DNA of 64,000 nt from an uncultured Eubacteriales bacterium (GCA_900315665.1 OMZX01000003.1:10248-74247); one strand, 5' to 3'. Shown: positions 49,802 through 58,656, counted from the first letter of the stretch. Translations and numbers: made by a program. The notes: generated by a model not told the origin, from the letters alone.

Positions 49802-51190
49802 ATGAAGGAAATACTCGTAAACGCATCAATTTATACTGTCCTATATGGTCTTTCCGTCATCACCGGGGAGCGGCATATTGCGCCGCTTTCCGGTGCTTTT
49901 CTTCTGCTTGCCGCGATTTTTCTGTATTATAGAGAATATAAAAGACAGGAGCAGCTTCTATGCCTTCGTGGATTGATGGCACTCGGCTTTATCGGCGGTG
50001 AGGGAATCGCCAGATTTCAGCTTAGTACGCTTAGTACGGATTGGACTCAGATGACATGGTGGAGTTTCTATTTGTTCTATCTTGTTTTTTATTTCGTTTC
50101 TTTTCTGCCAGAGGGGAGAGAAAAACATGCGGAGCACCAAAACTCTACAGAGAGCACCATTTCGGAAGCTTCCCGGCTTAAGTTCCTTCGAAGATTGATT
50201 CTTATGCTCCTGGTGCTTACATATGCATGCTTCTCTGTTGAGGCATTCCGGCTTCGGATGATTCCGCTTTTTGTGAAGGATACACCACATGCCTATGGCA
50301 TATTTCACCTGAAAGGTGTGCATTATTTTACAACACTGGTCATTCTGATTCCTTCCTATGTGGTTTTATATCTAAACACGCGGACAGGAATCCGTGTAAC
50401 GGAAGAAAGAGAAACACAGAAATCCATAGCAGGAAAGAGAAGGACCTTTTTAAACTTCGTTGATCTGTTTTCACTTATTACATTATTTTTTGCAATCCTT
50501 ATGCCGGTTCTCATGGTATCCCGCTTTCAGCTGATGTTTTCCGTAATTGTCGCTGTCTTTACATACCTTCTTTCCGGACGAAAGCTAAAGCTCTGGCAAG
50601 CAGCTCTTATGTTTTTTGCCATGGTGCTTTTATATGTCTTTATCACGATTCATCGCGCACATTCTGTAGAGTATCTGAATGGTATTTTTGCTATGAAAAA
50701 TCCGGCAACACCGATTTTCATTACACAGCCATACATGTATATTGCGAATAATTATGACAATTTCAATGTCATGACATGTGACCTTACGGTTCATTCGAAA
50801 GGACTCAAGATGCTGTATCCTTTTGTGACGCTAAGTGCGCTTAAATATTTCTTCCCATCTCTTGCACCGGCTTTTCCGCTGTTTAAGACAAAGGAAGAGC
50901 TTGGCACGACGACTATTCTGTATGATGCATGGTATGATTTTGGTATCCCCGGCGTCTTATTATTTGGCATAGTACTTGGGCTTCTCACAGGACTCCTTGA
51001 GAAGAATCATAAGCCACTCAGTGGTACAATGCTTACACCAGTCTATGCACAGGTGGCCTTTTATTTCCTGTTTTCCTTTTTCACGACCTGGTTTTCACTA
51101 CCGTCAACCTGGTTTTATCTCATCATTTCGGTCTTTATATCGGTCTTATCGCATAGAATCTGTATACAATTTATTGACAAAAAGTTATGA
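49802..51190 (+). CDS. Wzy-like oligosaccharide repeat-unit polymerase / GT-C-fold membrane protein
   Basis: About 10-11 TMs, SR motif after a TM (MVSRFQL), extracellular loop with YMYIANNYDNF, and late YDAWYDFGIPG resembling Wzy Y-x-DFG. Confidence 0.6.
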   Translation: MKEILVNASIYTVLYGLSVITGERHIAPLSGAFLLLAAIFLYYREYKRQEQLLCLRGLMALGFIGGEGIARFQLSTLSTDWTQMTWWSFYLFYLVFYFVSFLPEGREKHAEHQNSTESTISEASRLKFLRRLILMLLVLTYACFSVEAFRLRMIPLFVKDTPHAYGIFHLKGVHYFTTLVILIPSYVVLYLNTRTGIRVTEERETQKSIAGKRRTFLNFVDLFSLITLFFAILMPVLMVSRFQLMFSVIVAVFTYLLSGRKLKLWQAALMFFAMVLLYVFITIHRAHSVEYLNGIFAMKNPATPIFITQPYMYIANNYDNFNVMTCDLTVHSKGLKMLYPFVTLSALKYFFPSLAPAFPLFKTKEELGTTTILYDAWYDFGIPGVLLFGIVLGLLTGLLEKNHKPLSGTMLTPVYAQVAFYFLFSFFTTWFSLPSTWFYLIISVFISVLSHRICIQFIDKKL

Positions 51191-51202
51191 GAAATCTATA
51201 AT
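51174..51202 (+). promoter_or_regulatory. Perfect consensus sigma-A promoter
   Basis: TTGACA (51174-79), 17 nt, TATAAT (51197-202). Confidence 0.92.
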
Positions 51203-51265
51203 GCATTCCATAGAACCTGTTAACAACAGCTTTTATCACTGCATTTGAAAAAGGGAGATAAACAA

Positions 51266-51709
51266 ATGGAGAAGAAGTCAAAGGCTACAGTCAAGGCAAC
51301 AGAAGCCAAGAAGGACGCTGCATTAAAGGAATCCTTTGCAGAGATTAAGAAGGCGGCAGAGCCAGCAAAGGAAGTTAAGAAGGATGCTCCGGCTCCTGTA
51401 AAGAAGGAAGAGCCGAAAGAAACAAAGAAGGAAGCTGCTCCAGCAAAGGAAGCTAAGAAGGCTGCACCTGTTAAGAAGGAAGCACCGAAGAAGGCACCGG
51501 CTGCTAAGAAGGAAGCAAAGACATCCGTTACACTGCAGTACAGCGGCAAGGATGTTGATCTTGACAAGCTCGTAGAAGCTGCCAAGAAGGCTGCATCAAA
51601 GGTAAAGGCTGATGCAAAGAAGGTTGATATCTATGTAAACGTCGATGAAAGTGCTGCATATTTTGCAGTAGATGGCGAAGGCAACGCAGATTATAAGGTA
51701 GAGATGTAA
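51266..51709 (+). CDS. Lys/Ala/Pro/Glu-repeat protein with a small C-terminal globular domain (DUF6465-like); candidate histone-like protein
   Basis: PAK/APVKK/APKK repeats, then TLQYSGKDVD..VDIYVNVDESAAYFAV. GGGAG RBS. Codon choices resemble the ribosomal genes. Confidence 0.75.
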   Translation: MEKKSKATVKATEAKKDAALKESFAEIKKAAEPAKEVKKDAPAPVKKEEPKETKKEAAPAKEAKKAAPVKKEAPKKAPAAKKEAKTSVTLQYSGKDVDLDKLVEAAKKAASKVKADAKKVDIYVNVDESAAYFAVDGEGNADYKVEM

Positions 51710-51732
51710 TTATCGCCTTACAGCGGAAGAAG

Positions 51733-51769
51733 AGAGAATATATACCCGCGGTATGTATTCTCTTTTTTT
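51733..51769 (+). terminator. Intrinsic terminator
   Basis: agagaatatatac / gtatgtattctct stem followed by a T run. Confidence 0.85.
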
Positions 51770-51780
51770 GTTATCCCGGA

Positions 51781-51905
51781 GTGTCGCGGAGCGGCGTCGC
51801 AAGATGTCCAGTGGACATCTGCTTTGCAACGACCGAAGCGGAGCGAAGAGCTTCCGGATGCCTTAGTGGCGAGCAAGTTCATAGGCATCGCTTGCGATGC
51901 CTTCT
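51781..51905. repeat. GC-rich palindromic intergenic element (REP-like)
   Basis: agatgtcc-agt-ggacatct (51802-20) inside gtcg..cgac, and aggcatcgc-tt-gcgatgcct (51883-902). Confidence 0.55.
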
Positions 51906-51936
51906 TATGTTTTTTGAAAGCATAGAGAGAACAAAT

Positions 51937-53337
51937 ATGATCAATTTACCAGAGGCTTTTTTACAAAGGATGCAAGCACTACTACCAGTTTCGGAGTATC
52001 AGCAGTTCTTAAAAAGCTATGAGGAACCTGCCCAGCGTGGCATAAGACTGAATCTCCATAAGTTCCTGGAGCTTTCAGTGATGAATCAGGAAAATATTGT
52101 GAGCTATGAAGGATTGCTGAGAGACTTCGGCCTCAAATCGATTCCTGATGCATCCTCTGTTGTCTTTCGGGGAAAACAATATTTTCGTGAATTCTATCTT
52201 GATGATGATTTTCTGAATGAGCATGCACTTCGTCCAGGCAAGCATCCGTATCATGAAGCCGGACTTTACTATATGCAAAGTCCGGAGGCAATGCATGTCG
52301 TCGCGAAGCTTCAGATCCGTCCGTATGACCGGGTCATCGATCTATGCGCAAGCCCGGGAGGCAAAGCCACGCAGGCAGCAGACATGCTGTCTCTTTCACA
52401 AGGTGGTTTTTTACTCGCCAATGAATACATCGGCCTTCGCGCAAGGACGCTGAGCTCAAACTTTGAAAGGATGGGCATCCGGAACGGGGCCGTCCTGAAT
52501 GAAAATACCGAGCGTATCGCAGAGCGCTTTCCGGAATACTTTACAAGAGTAATCGTCGACGCACCATGTTCTGGAGAGGGCATGTTTCGGAAGGATCCTG
52601 AAACGATCCGCGCATGGTCTCCGGAGAGTGTCGCGATGTGTGCATTGAGACAACGGGAAATCGTACGGAATGCTGTCTTCATGCTCGCGCCAGGCGGACG
52701 CATGAGCTATTCAACCTGCACGTTTGAACGGGAAGAAAATGAGGATATTGTCAATTATATTCTGGCCGAATTTCCGGAGATGCAGTGCATCTATATGAAG
52801 CGGCACTGGCCGCATCAGGACCGTGGAGAGGGGCATTTCTGCGCGATTTTGAAAAAAAGTGGAGAGGATCTTTTTAAGGACAGAGCTATTTCAGCTGAGG
52901 TTATGACAGAAAATTCAGCGCTTTTATCGATTTCCGAGGAAGAAATTCGGCAGGAGGCTGATTTATCTGTTGGCTTTACGGAGGAAAGGAAAAAGGACCA
53001 GGTTTATCTTGTACCTGATTGTTTGCCGGATCTTCGGGGATTGAAGGTTTTCAGAAAGGGCATCCTGAAAGAGGAAATCCTTAAGAACAGAGAGGAGCCG
53101 TCTCATGCTTATGTGCATGCACTTCCACCGATGCAGACAGAGTTTCCGGTAGTGAATTACAAGAAAGAAGATCCGCGAATTGACCAGTATCTTCATGGGC
53201 TTCAGATTACGGTACCGGATGGCTTCGACGGAAAAGGCTTCGTTATCGTAGCTTGTGACGGTGCGTATCTTGGCCTCGGAAAATGTGCGGGGACGCAAAT
53301 CAAAAATCATTTTCCGAAGGGTCTTAGGTTTCTGTAA
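51937..53337 (+). CDS. RsmF/NOL1/NOP2-family rRNA m5C methyltransferase
   Basis: HPYHEAGLYYMQ, DLCASPGGK, DAPCSGEGMFRK, YSTCTF, and C-terminal KNHFPKGLR. ATG 51937 is preferred over the track start at 51781. Confidence 0.88.
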   Translation: MINLPEAFLQRMQALLPVSEYQQFLKSYEEPAQRGIRLNLHKFLELSVMNQENIVSYEGLLRDFGLKSIPDASSVVFRGKQYFREFYLDDDFLNEHALRPGKHPYHEAGLYYMQSPEAMHVVAKLQIRPYDRVIDLCASPGGKATQAADMLSLSQGGFLLANEYIGLRARTLSSNFERMGIRNGAVLNENTERIAERFPEYFTRVIVDAPCSGEGMFRKDPETIRAWSPESVAMCALRQREIVRNAVFMLAPGGRMSYSTCTFEREENEDIVNYILAEFPEMQCIYMKRHWPHQDRGEGHFCAILKKSGEDLFKDRAISAEVMTENSALLSISEEEIRQEADLSVGFTEERKKDQVYLVPDCLPDLRGLKVFRKGILKEEILKNREEPSHAYVHALPPMQTEFPVVNYKKEDPRIDQYLHGLQITVPDGFDGKGFVIVACDGAYLGLGKCAGTQIKNHFPKGLRFL

Positions 53338-53350
53338 AAAGATTATTTTA

Positions 53351-53379
53351 TTGAAATATAGCATTTGCTCGTTTACAAT
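53351..53379 (+). promoter_or_regulatory. Sigma-A promoter of the decarboxylase operon
   Basis: TTGAAA (53351-56), 17 nt, TACAAT (53374-79). A small palindrome gggtca-aac-tgaccc lies downstream. Confidence 0.7.
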
Positions 53380-53442
53380 AGTATCTGACATAAACCGGGG
53401 TCAAACTGACCCTTTGTTTATATAGGAAATGGAGGATAAAAC

Positions 53443-54810
53443 ATGGATAATCGTGAAACTTCATCCGCTGTGACGAGAATCAAGTCACTGCTCGATGAGT
53501 TCAGCTTCGTTGAAATTGGTCGTCTTGCAGAAGCAAGATCCACAGATTTCAATCTGGCTGAGAAAAAGGCACCTTCCGATGGTGTAGTTACCGGCTATGG
53601 TACGATTGACGGAAGTCTTGTGTATATTTATGCACAGGATTCCGCAGTACTTGGCGGCTCAATCGGCGAGATGCATGCAAGAAAGATTGCCAACCTTTAT
53701 TCGATGGCAATGAAGAACCAGGCACCAGTCATCAGTCTCATTGACTGCTCCGGCGTTCGTCTCGAGGAGGCGGATGACGCACTGTTCGGACTTGGCAGAA
53801 TCTTTAAGAAGCAGACACTTGCAAGCGGTCAGATTCCTGAGATTACAGTTGTATTTGGTAACTGCGGCGGCGGACTCACGGTACTTGCTGGTCTTTCTGA
53901 TTTTGTTGCGATGGAAGCCAAGGATGCACGGATGTATGTTAATGCTCCTGATGCAGTACAGGGCAACAAAGATGATAAGATCGCGAAAGCAGAGACACAG
54001 GCTGCCAATGGTCTTGTAGATTTCTATGGCACTGAGGATGAAATCTTCGCACAGATCCGTAAGCTTGTTTCTATCCTTCCAGGCTCCAATGACGAGGGCG
54101 GCGTACAGGATGAGAACACAGATGATCTTAACCGTTCTGTAGGTGCATTTGATACGCTGGATGCTGAGGAGGCTGCTAAGCAGCTCTCTGATAATGGCGT
54201 TTTCATCGAGACGAAGAAGGGCTATTCAAAAGACGTTTTGACAGGACTTGCCCAGATCGGCGGTGAGACAGTGGGCCTCGTGCTTAATAAGAGCGCAAAT
54301 CTTACCTGGAAGGGCGCCGAGAAGGCTGCAAAGCTTGTTACTTTCTGTAACGCGTTTGATCTTCCAGTTGTTTCTGTTGTAGATGTTAAGAAATATAACA
54401 ATACAGAGTGCACAGAGAAGTTCATGCCGGAGGCTGCTGCACGTCTTGCATATGCTTATGCCAATGCTGATGTTCCGATGATTACTATCGTTAAGAACGC
54501 TTATGGTACAGCCGGTGTAGCATTCGGCTCAAAGGCACTTGGCGCAGATGCCGTTTATGCTTATGAGGGCTCCGGCTTCGGTATTCTCGATGCAAAGAAA
54601 GCGGCAGAGATTCTTGCGGACAGCGATGAGGAAAAGGCTGCTCTTGAAAAGGATTTCGGCGAGAAGGCTACAGCACTTGCGGCAGCGAAGCGCGGCTATG
54701 TCGATGATATCATCGCACCGGAAGAAACTAGACAGCGTGTTGCTGCTGCCCTTCAGATGCTGAACTGGAAGAGTGTATACAGACCTGACAAGAAGCATGG
54801 TACCGTATGA
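53443..54810 (+). CDS. Acyl-CoA carboxyltransferase-family subunit (MmdA/PccB-like, divergent)
   Basis: DGVVTGYGTIDG, QDSAVLGGSIGEMHARKI, FCNAFDLP, AAKRGYVDDIIAPEETR, KKHG C-terminus. Confidence 0.85.
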   Translation: MDNRETSSAVTRIKSLLDEFSFVEIGRLAEARSTDFNLAEKKAPSDGVVTGYGTIDGSLVYIYAQDSAVLGGSIGEMHARKIANLYSMAMKNQAPVISLIDCSGVRLEEADDALFGLGRIFKKQTLASGQIPEITVVFGNCGGGLTVLAGLSDFVAMEAKDARMYVNAPDAVQGNKDDKIAKAETQAANGLVDFYGTEDEIFAQIRKLVSILPGSNDEGGVQDENTDDLNRSVGAFDTLDAEEAAKQLSDNGVFIETKKGYSKDVLTGLAQIGGETVGLVLNKSANLTWKGAEKAAKLVTFCNAFDLPVVSVVDVKKYNNTECTEKFMPEAAARLAYAYANADVPMITIVKNAYGTAGVAFGSKALGADAVYAYEGSGFGILDAKKAAEILADSDEEKAALEKDFGEKATALAAAKRGYVDDIIAPEETRQRVAAALQMLNWKSVYRPDKKHGTV

Positions 54811-54824
54811 GGAAAGGGGTAAGT

Positions 54825-55616
54825 ATGAAGCAGTGGTTTAAGAAAGCGATCCTTTGCTTTTCTCTTGCTCTGTCCGTACTGATGCTCGGTGCCTGCGGAA
54901 GCAGTGAAGTAGTCAACATGCCGCTGGAGCCGTCGGTGAAAGCATCACTGGAGCAGTCTGTCGAGCAGTTTGCAACTGAAATCTATACAGAAGATACAGA
55001 ACAACTGCAGGCGCGGATCACCAGCGCACAGAAATCAAAGGATAATGTAACCTATAATGGTTTAACGAACTATATCAATTCCCGGGACCGTCTTGGTGCG
55101 TTCCAGCAGATTCTTTCTGTTGATGCGACAACAGTCGGTGAGGAGTACTCCGTCGAGGTTGATGCACAGTTCGAGAAGCGTGTACTCGAACTGACACTCG
55201 GACTTTCCGAATCCGGTGAGATTACAGAGATGACCTTCAACCCGCACTACACAATCGGTGAGGAGCTTGCAAATGCAGCCGGCAACCTTGTCGTAGGTAT
55301 GGGTACCGTTTTCCTTGTACTCATTTTCATCGCATGGCTCATCAGTCTCTTTAAGTATATTCCGCAGCTTGAAGAGAAGTTTAGGAAAAAGAAGGAAGCA
55401 CCGAAGGCAGCAGCTTCTGCACCGGTACCTGCAGCAGCACCTGCTGTAGCGGTAGCACCTGCTGCAGCACAGGCAGTTTCCGGCGCTGAGCTTCAGGCCG
55501 TTATCGCAGCTGCAATCGCAGCCTATGAAGCTGATGAAGGCGGTGCAGGCAATGGCTTTACAGCCGGCCCGACACTGAACAATGGACTTGTTATTCGTTC
55601 TATCAGAAGACGTTGA
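54825..55616 (+). CDS. OadG-family decarboxylase gamma/delta subunit with N-terminal lipoprotein extension
   Basis: Lipobox LGAC (Cys24). OadG TM signature GMGTVFLVLIFIAWLISLF, Ala/Pro linker, AVIAAAIAAY. Confidence 0.8.
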   Translation: MKQWFKKAILCFSLALSVLMLGACGSSEVVNMPLEPSVKASLEQSVEQFATEIYTEDTEQLQARITSAQKSKDNVTYNGLTNYINSRDRLGAFQQILSVDATTVGEEYSVEVDAQFEKRVLELTLGLSESGEITEMTFNPHYTIGEELANAAGNLVVGMGTVFLVLIFIAWLISLFKYIPQLEEKFRKKKEAPKAAASAPVPAAAPAVAVAPAAAQAVSGAELQAVIAAAIAAYEADEGGAGNGFTAGPTLNNGLVIRSIRRR

Positions 55617-55652
55617 TCATGGGACTTTTCCCAAATTAGAGAGGTAAATAAT

Positions 55653-56021
55653 ATGAAGAACTATACGATCACAGTAAATGGCGTCGCTTATGACGTAACC
55701 GTAGAAGAGGGAAAGGGTTCCGCAGCGCCTGCAGTTCGCGCAGCAGCACCTGCAGCACCCGCAGCACCCGCTCCGGCAGCAGCACCTGCAGCAGCAGGCG
55801 CAGCTGGTTCCATCAAGGTTGATGCCCCGATGCCTGGTAAGATTCTTGCAGTCAAGAAGCATGTTGGTGATGCAGTAAAGGCTGGCGATCCGATCCTCGT
55901 ACTCGAGGCTATGAAGATGGAAAATGATATTGTAGCACCGAAGGATGGTACGGTTGCCTCCATCAACGTGTCTGTTGGTGATGCAGTAGAGTCCGGTGCA
56001 ACACTTGCTACACTGAACTAA
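55653..56021 (+). CDS. Biotin carboxyl carrier protein (MmdC-like)
   Basis: Ala/Pro linker, APMPGKI, EAMKM biotinylation motif. Confidence 0.95.
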   Translation: MKNYTITVNGVAYDVTVEEGKGSAAPAVRAAAPAAPAAPAPAAAPAAAGAAGSIKVDAPMPGKILAVKKHVGDAVKAGDPILVLEAMKMENDIVAPKDGTVASINVSVGDAVESGATLATLN

Positions 56022-56074
56022 GGTTCGGTAGTAACTGTCACCCGATTTTGCTGATCTGGAGGTAAAAAACACAT

Positions 56075-57223
56075 ATGAACGTAGCACAAACGTTTTCAAA
56101 TTTACTACAGCAGACAGCGTTCTTCAGTATGACATGGGGTAATGTGGTCATGATCATCGTGGCCTTCATTTATCTGTATCTTGCGATTGCGAAGGGCTTC
56201 GAGCCTCTGCTCCTTGTCCCGATTGCCTTTGGAATGCTGCTTGTAAACATTTATCCGGATATCATGGTAGATCCTGCAGATACGATGAATGGTACCGGCG
56301 GTCTTCTGTGGTACTTCTTCCACATGGATGAGCTGACGATTCTCCCGTCGCTGATCTTCATGGGTGTCGGTGCACAGACGGATTTCTCACCGCTGATTGC
56401 AAACCCGATCACCTTCCTGCTGGGAGCAGCTGCACAGTTTGGTATTTATTCAGCATACTTCCTGGCAATTTTCATGGGCTTCAATGGTGCTGCAGCCGCA
56501 GCCATTTCTATCATCGGCGGCGCTGATGGCCCGACGTCCATCTTCCTTTGCAACAAGCTTGGTCAGACAGCTCTGCTTGGCCCGATTGCTGTTGCAGCCT
56601 ATTCCTACATGTCTCTGGTTCCGATCATTCAGCCGCCGATCATGCGTGCGATGACGACACCCGAGGAGAGAACGGTTCATATGGATCATCTTCGTCCGGT
56701 ATCGAAGCTTGAGAAGATTCTCTTCCCGATCATCGTTACTGTTGTAGTCTGCGTACTTCTTCCGACGACCGCACCGCTTGTCGGTATGCTGATGCTTGGT
56801 AACCTGTTCAAGGAGTGCGGCGTTGTTAAACAGCTCACTGAGACTGCATCCAACGCGCTCATGTATATCGTGGTTATCCTTCTCGGTACTTCAGTCGGCG
56901 GTGCGACCAGCGCACAGGCTTTCCTGAAGATCGATACTTTGAAAATCGTTGTTCTTGGCCTAGTTGCTTTTGCATTTGGTACCTGGGCAGGTGTTATACT
57001 TGGTAAGGTCATGTATAAGCTTTCTGGTCATAAGATTAATCCGCTCATTGGTTCCGCTGGTGTATCTGCGGTACCGATGGCGGCCAGAGTTTCCCAGAAG
57101 GTTGCTTCCGAATATGATCCGACGAACTTCGTTCTCATGCACGCCATGGGACCGAACGTAGCCGGTGTTATCGGTACGGCTGTCGCAGCCGGTACCTTCA
57201 TGGCGGTATATGGTGTTAAATAA
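56075..57223 (+). CDS. oadB: Sodium ion-translocating decarboxylase beta subunit
   Basis: EPLLLVPIAFG, IIGGADGPT, YSYMSLVP, SAGVSAVPMAARV, MGPNVAGVIG. Confidence 0.96.
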   Translation: MNVAQTFSNLLQQTAFFSMTWGNVVMIIVAFIYLYLAIAKGFEPLLLVPIAFGMLLVNIYPDIMVDPADTMNGTGGLLWYFFHMDELTILPSLIFMGVGAQTDFSPLIANPITFLLGAAAQFGIYSAYFLAIFMGFNGAAAAAISIIGGADGPTSIFLCNKLGQTALLGPIAVAAYSYMSLVPIIQPPIMRAMTTPEERTVHMDHLRPVSKLEKILFPIIVTVVVCVLLPTTAPLVGMLMLGNLFKECGVVKQLTETASNALMYIVVILLGTSVGGATSAQAFLKIDTLKIVVLGLVAFAFGTWAGVILGKVMYKLSGHKINPLIGSAGVSAVPMAARVSQKVASEYDPTNFVLMHAMGPNVAGVIGTAVAAGTFMAVYGVK

Positions 57224-57252
57224 TTTTTGAACTGAATCAAAGGAGTAAATCA

Positions 57253-58656
57253 ATGGCAAAAGTTCAGATTACAGAGACTGTACTGCGTGATGCGCATCAG
57301 TCATTAATTGCCACTCGTATGCCGAGTGAGGAAATGGAGCCGATCCTTGATAAGATGGATGCGGTCGGCTACCATGCAGTAGAGTGTTGGGGTGGCGCTA
57401 CCTTCGATGCCTGCCTTCGTTTCCTGAAGGAGGACCCGTGGGAGAGACTGAGAATGCTCAGAAGCCATTTTAAGAATACCAAGCTTCAGATGCTCTTTAG
57501 AGGACAGAATATCCTTGGCTATAATCATTACGCTGATGATGTGGTTGAGGATTTCGTCGATAAGTCGATTGCCAATGGTATCGATATCATCCGTATTTTC
57601 GATTGCTTAAACGATATCAGAAATCTTGAGACTGCTGTAAAGGCCACTAAGAAGTATGGCGGACATGCTCAGATTGCTCTCTGCTATACACTTGGTGATG
57701 CATATACACTGGATTACTGGGAGAAGCTTGCACATGATGTTGAGGAACTCGGTGCAGATTCTCTCTGCATCAAGGATATGGCTGGCCTTCTGCTTCCGCA
57801 GGCTGGATATGATCTTGTGAAGGCACTGAAGAGAGGAACTAAGCTTCCGATCGAGATTCATACGCACTACACATCCGGTATGGCTTCCATGACTTATATG
57901 AAGTGCGTAGAGGCAGGCGCAGATATCATCGATACTGCATCTACACCTTTTGCACTTGGTACATCCCAGCCTTCAACCGATGTTATGGTCAAGGCTTTCC
58001 AGGACACAGAGTATGATACTGGTCTCGATATGGATAAGCTTATCGAGATTTCCAATTACTTCACACCGTATCGTGAGGAGTGCATCAAGAGCGGACTTCT
58101 TTCCACGAAGGTTCTCGGTGTAAATATTAATACGCTGAAGTATCAGGTTCCGGGCGGCATGCTTAGTAACCTCATTTCTCAGCTGCATCAGGCCGGCAAG
58201 GATGATAAGCTTCAGGATGTTCTTGAGGAGGTTCCTCGTGTTCGTAAGGATTTCGGTGAGCCGCCGCTTGTTACACCGTCTTCTCAGATCGTCGGTACGC
58301 AGGCTGTGATGAACGTACTGATGGGTGAGCGCTATAAGATGGTTCCGAAGGAGTCTCATAAGCTCGTAGCTGGTGAGTTCGGCCGTACCGTAAAGCCGAT
58401 GGATCCGGAAGTAGTGAAGAAGATCCTGAAGCCGGGTGAGACCCAGATGACGGATCGTCCTGCAGATCATATCGCACCTGAGATGGAGGGCTTCCGTGAG
58501 GAGGCAAAGAAGTATGGTGCTAAGACTGAGGAAGATTTCCTTTCTTATGCGCTGTTCCCTGCTGTAGCAAAGGATTTCTTCTCTTATCGTGAGGCACAGG
58601 CATCCGGTGTTGCGAAGACTGCAGCGGATAAGGAAAATAAGGCATATCCTGCATAA
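57253..58656 (+). CDS. oadA: Oxaloacetate decarboxylase alpha / pyruvate carboxyltransferase subunit lacking a biotinyl domain
   Basis: LRDAHQSL, WGGATFD, LQMLFRGQN, IKDMAG, HTH, VTPSSQIVG. No MKM domain. Confidence 0.9.
   Translation: MAKVQITETVLRDAHQSLIATRMPSEEMEPILDKMDAVGYHAVECWGGATFDACLRFLKEDPWERLRMLRSHFKNTKLQMLFRGQNILGYNHYADDVVEDFVDKSIANGIDIIRIFDCLNDIRNLETAVKATKKYGGHAQIALCYTLGDAYTLDYWEKLAHDVEELGADSLCIKDMAGLLLPQAGYDLVKALKRGTKLPIEIHTHYTSGMASMTYMKCVEAGADIIDTASTPFALGTSQPSTDVMVKAFQDTEYDTGLDMDKLIEISNYFTPYREECIKSGLLSTKVLGVNINTLKYQVPGGMLSNLISQLHQAGKDDKLQDVLEEVPRVRKDFGEPPLVTPSSQIVGTQAVMNVLMGERYKMVPKESHKLVAGEFGRTVKPMDPEVVKKILKPGETQMTDRPADHIAPEMEGFREEAKKYGAKTEEDFLSYALFPAVAKDFFSYREAQASGVAKTAADKENKAYPA

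Noticed and set aside
51781-51936. N-terminal extension of the RsmF-like ORF from GTG 51781
   Set aside because: The extension is the translation of the palindromic element. Homology-like sequence begins at ATG 51937 (MINLPEAF).
55617-56099. 160-aa Cys-rich minus-strand ORF
   Set aside because: It is the antisense reading of the GCA/GCT-rich Ala/Pro linker of the biotin carrier gene.
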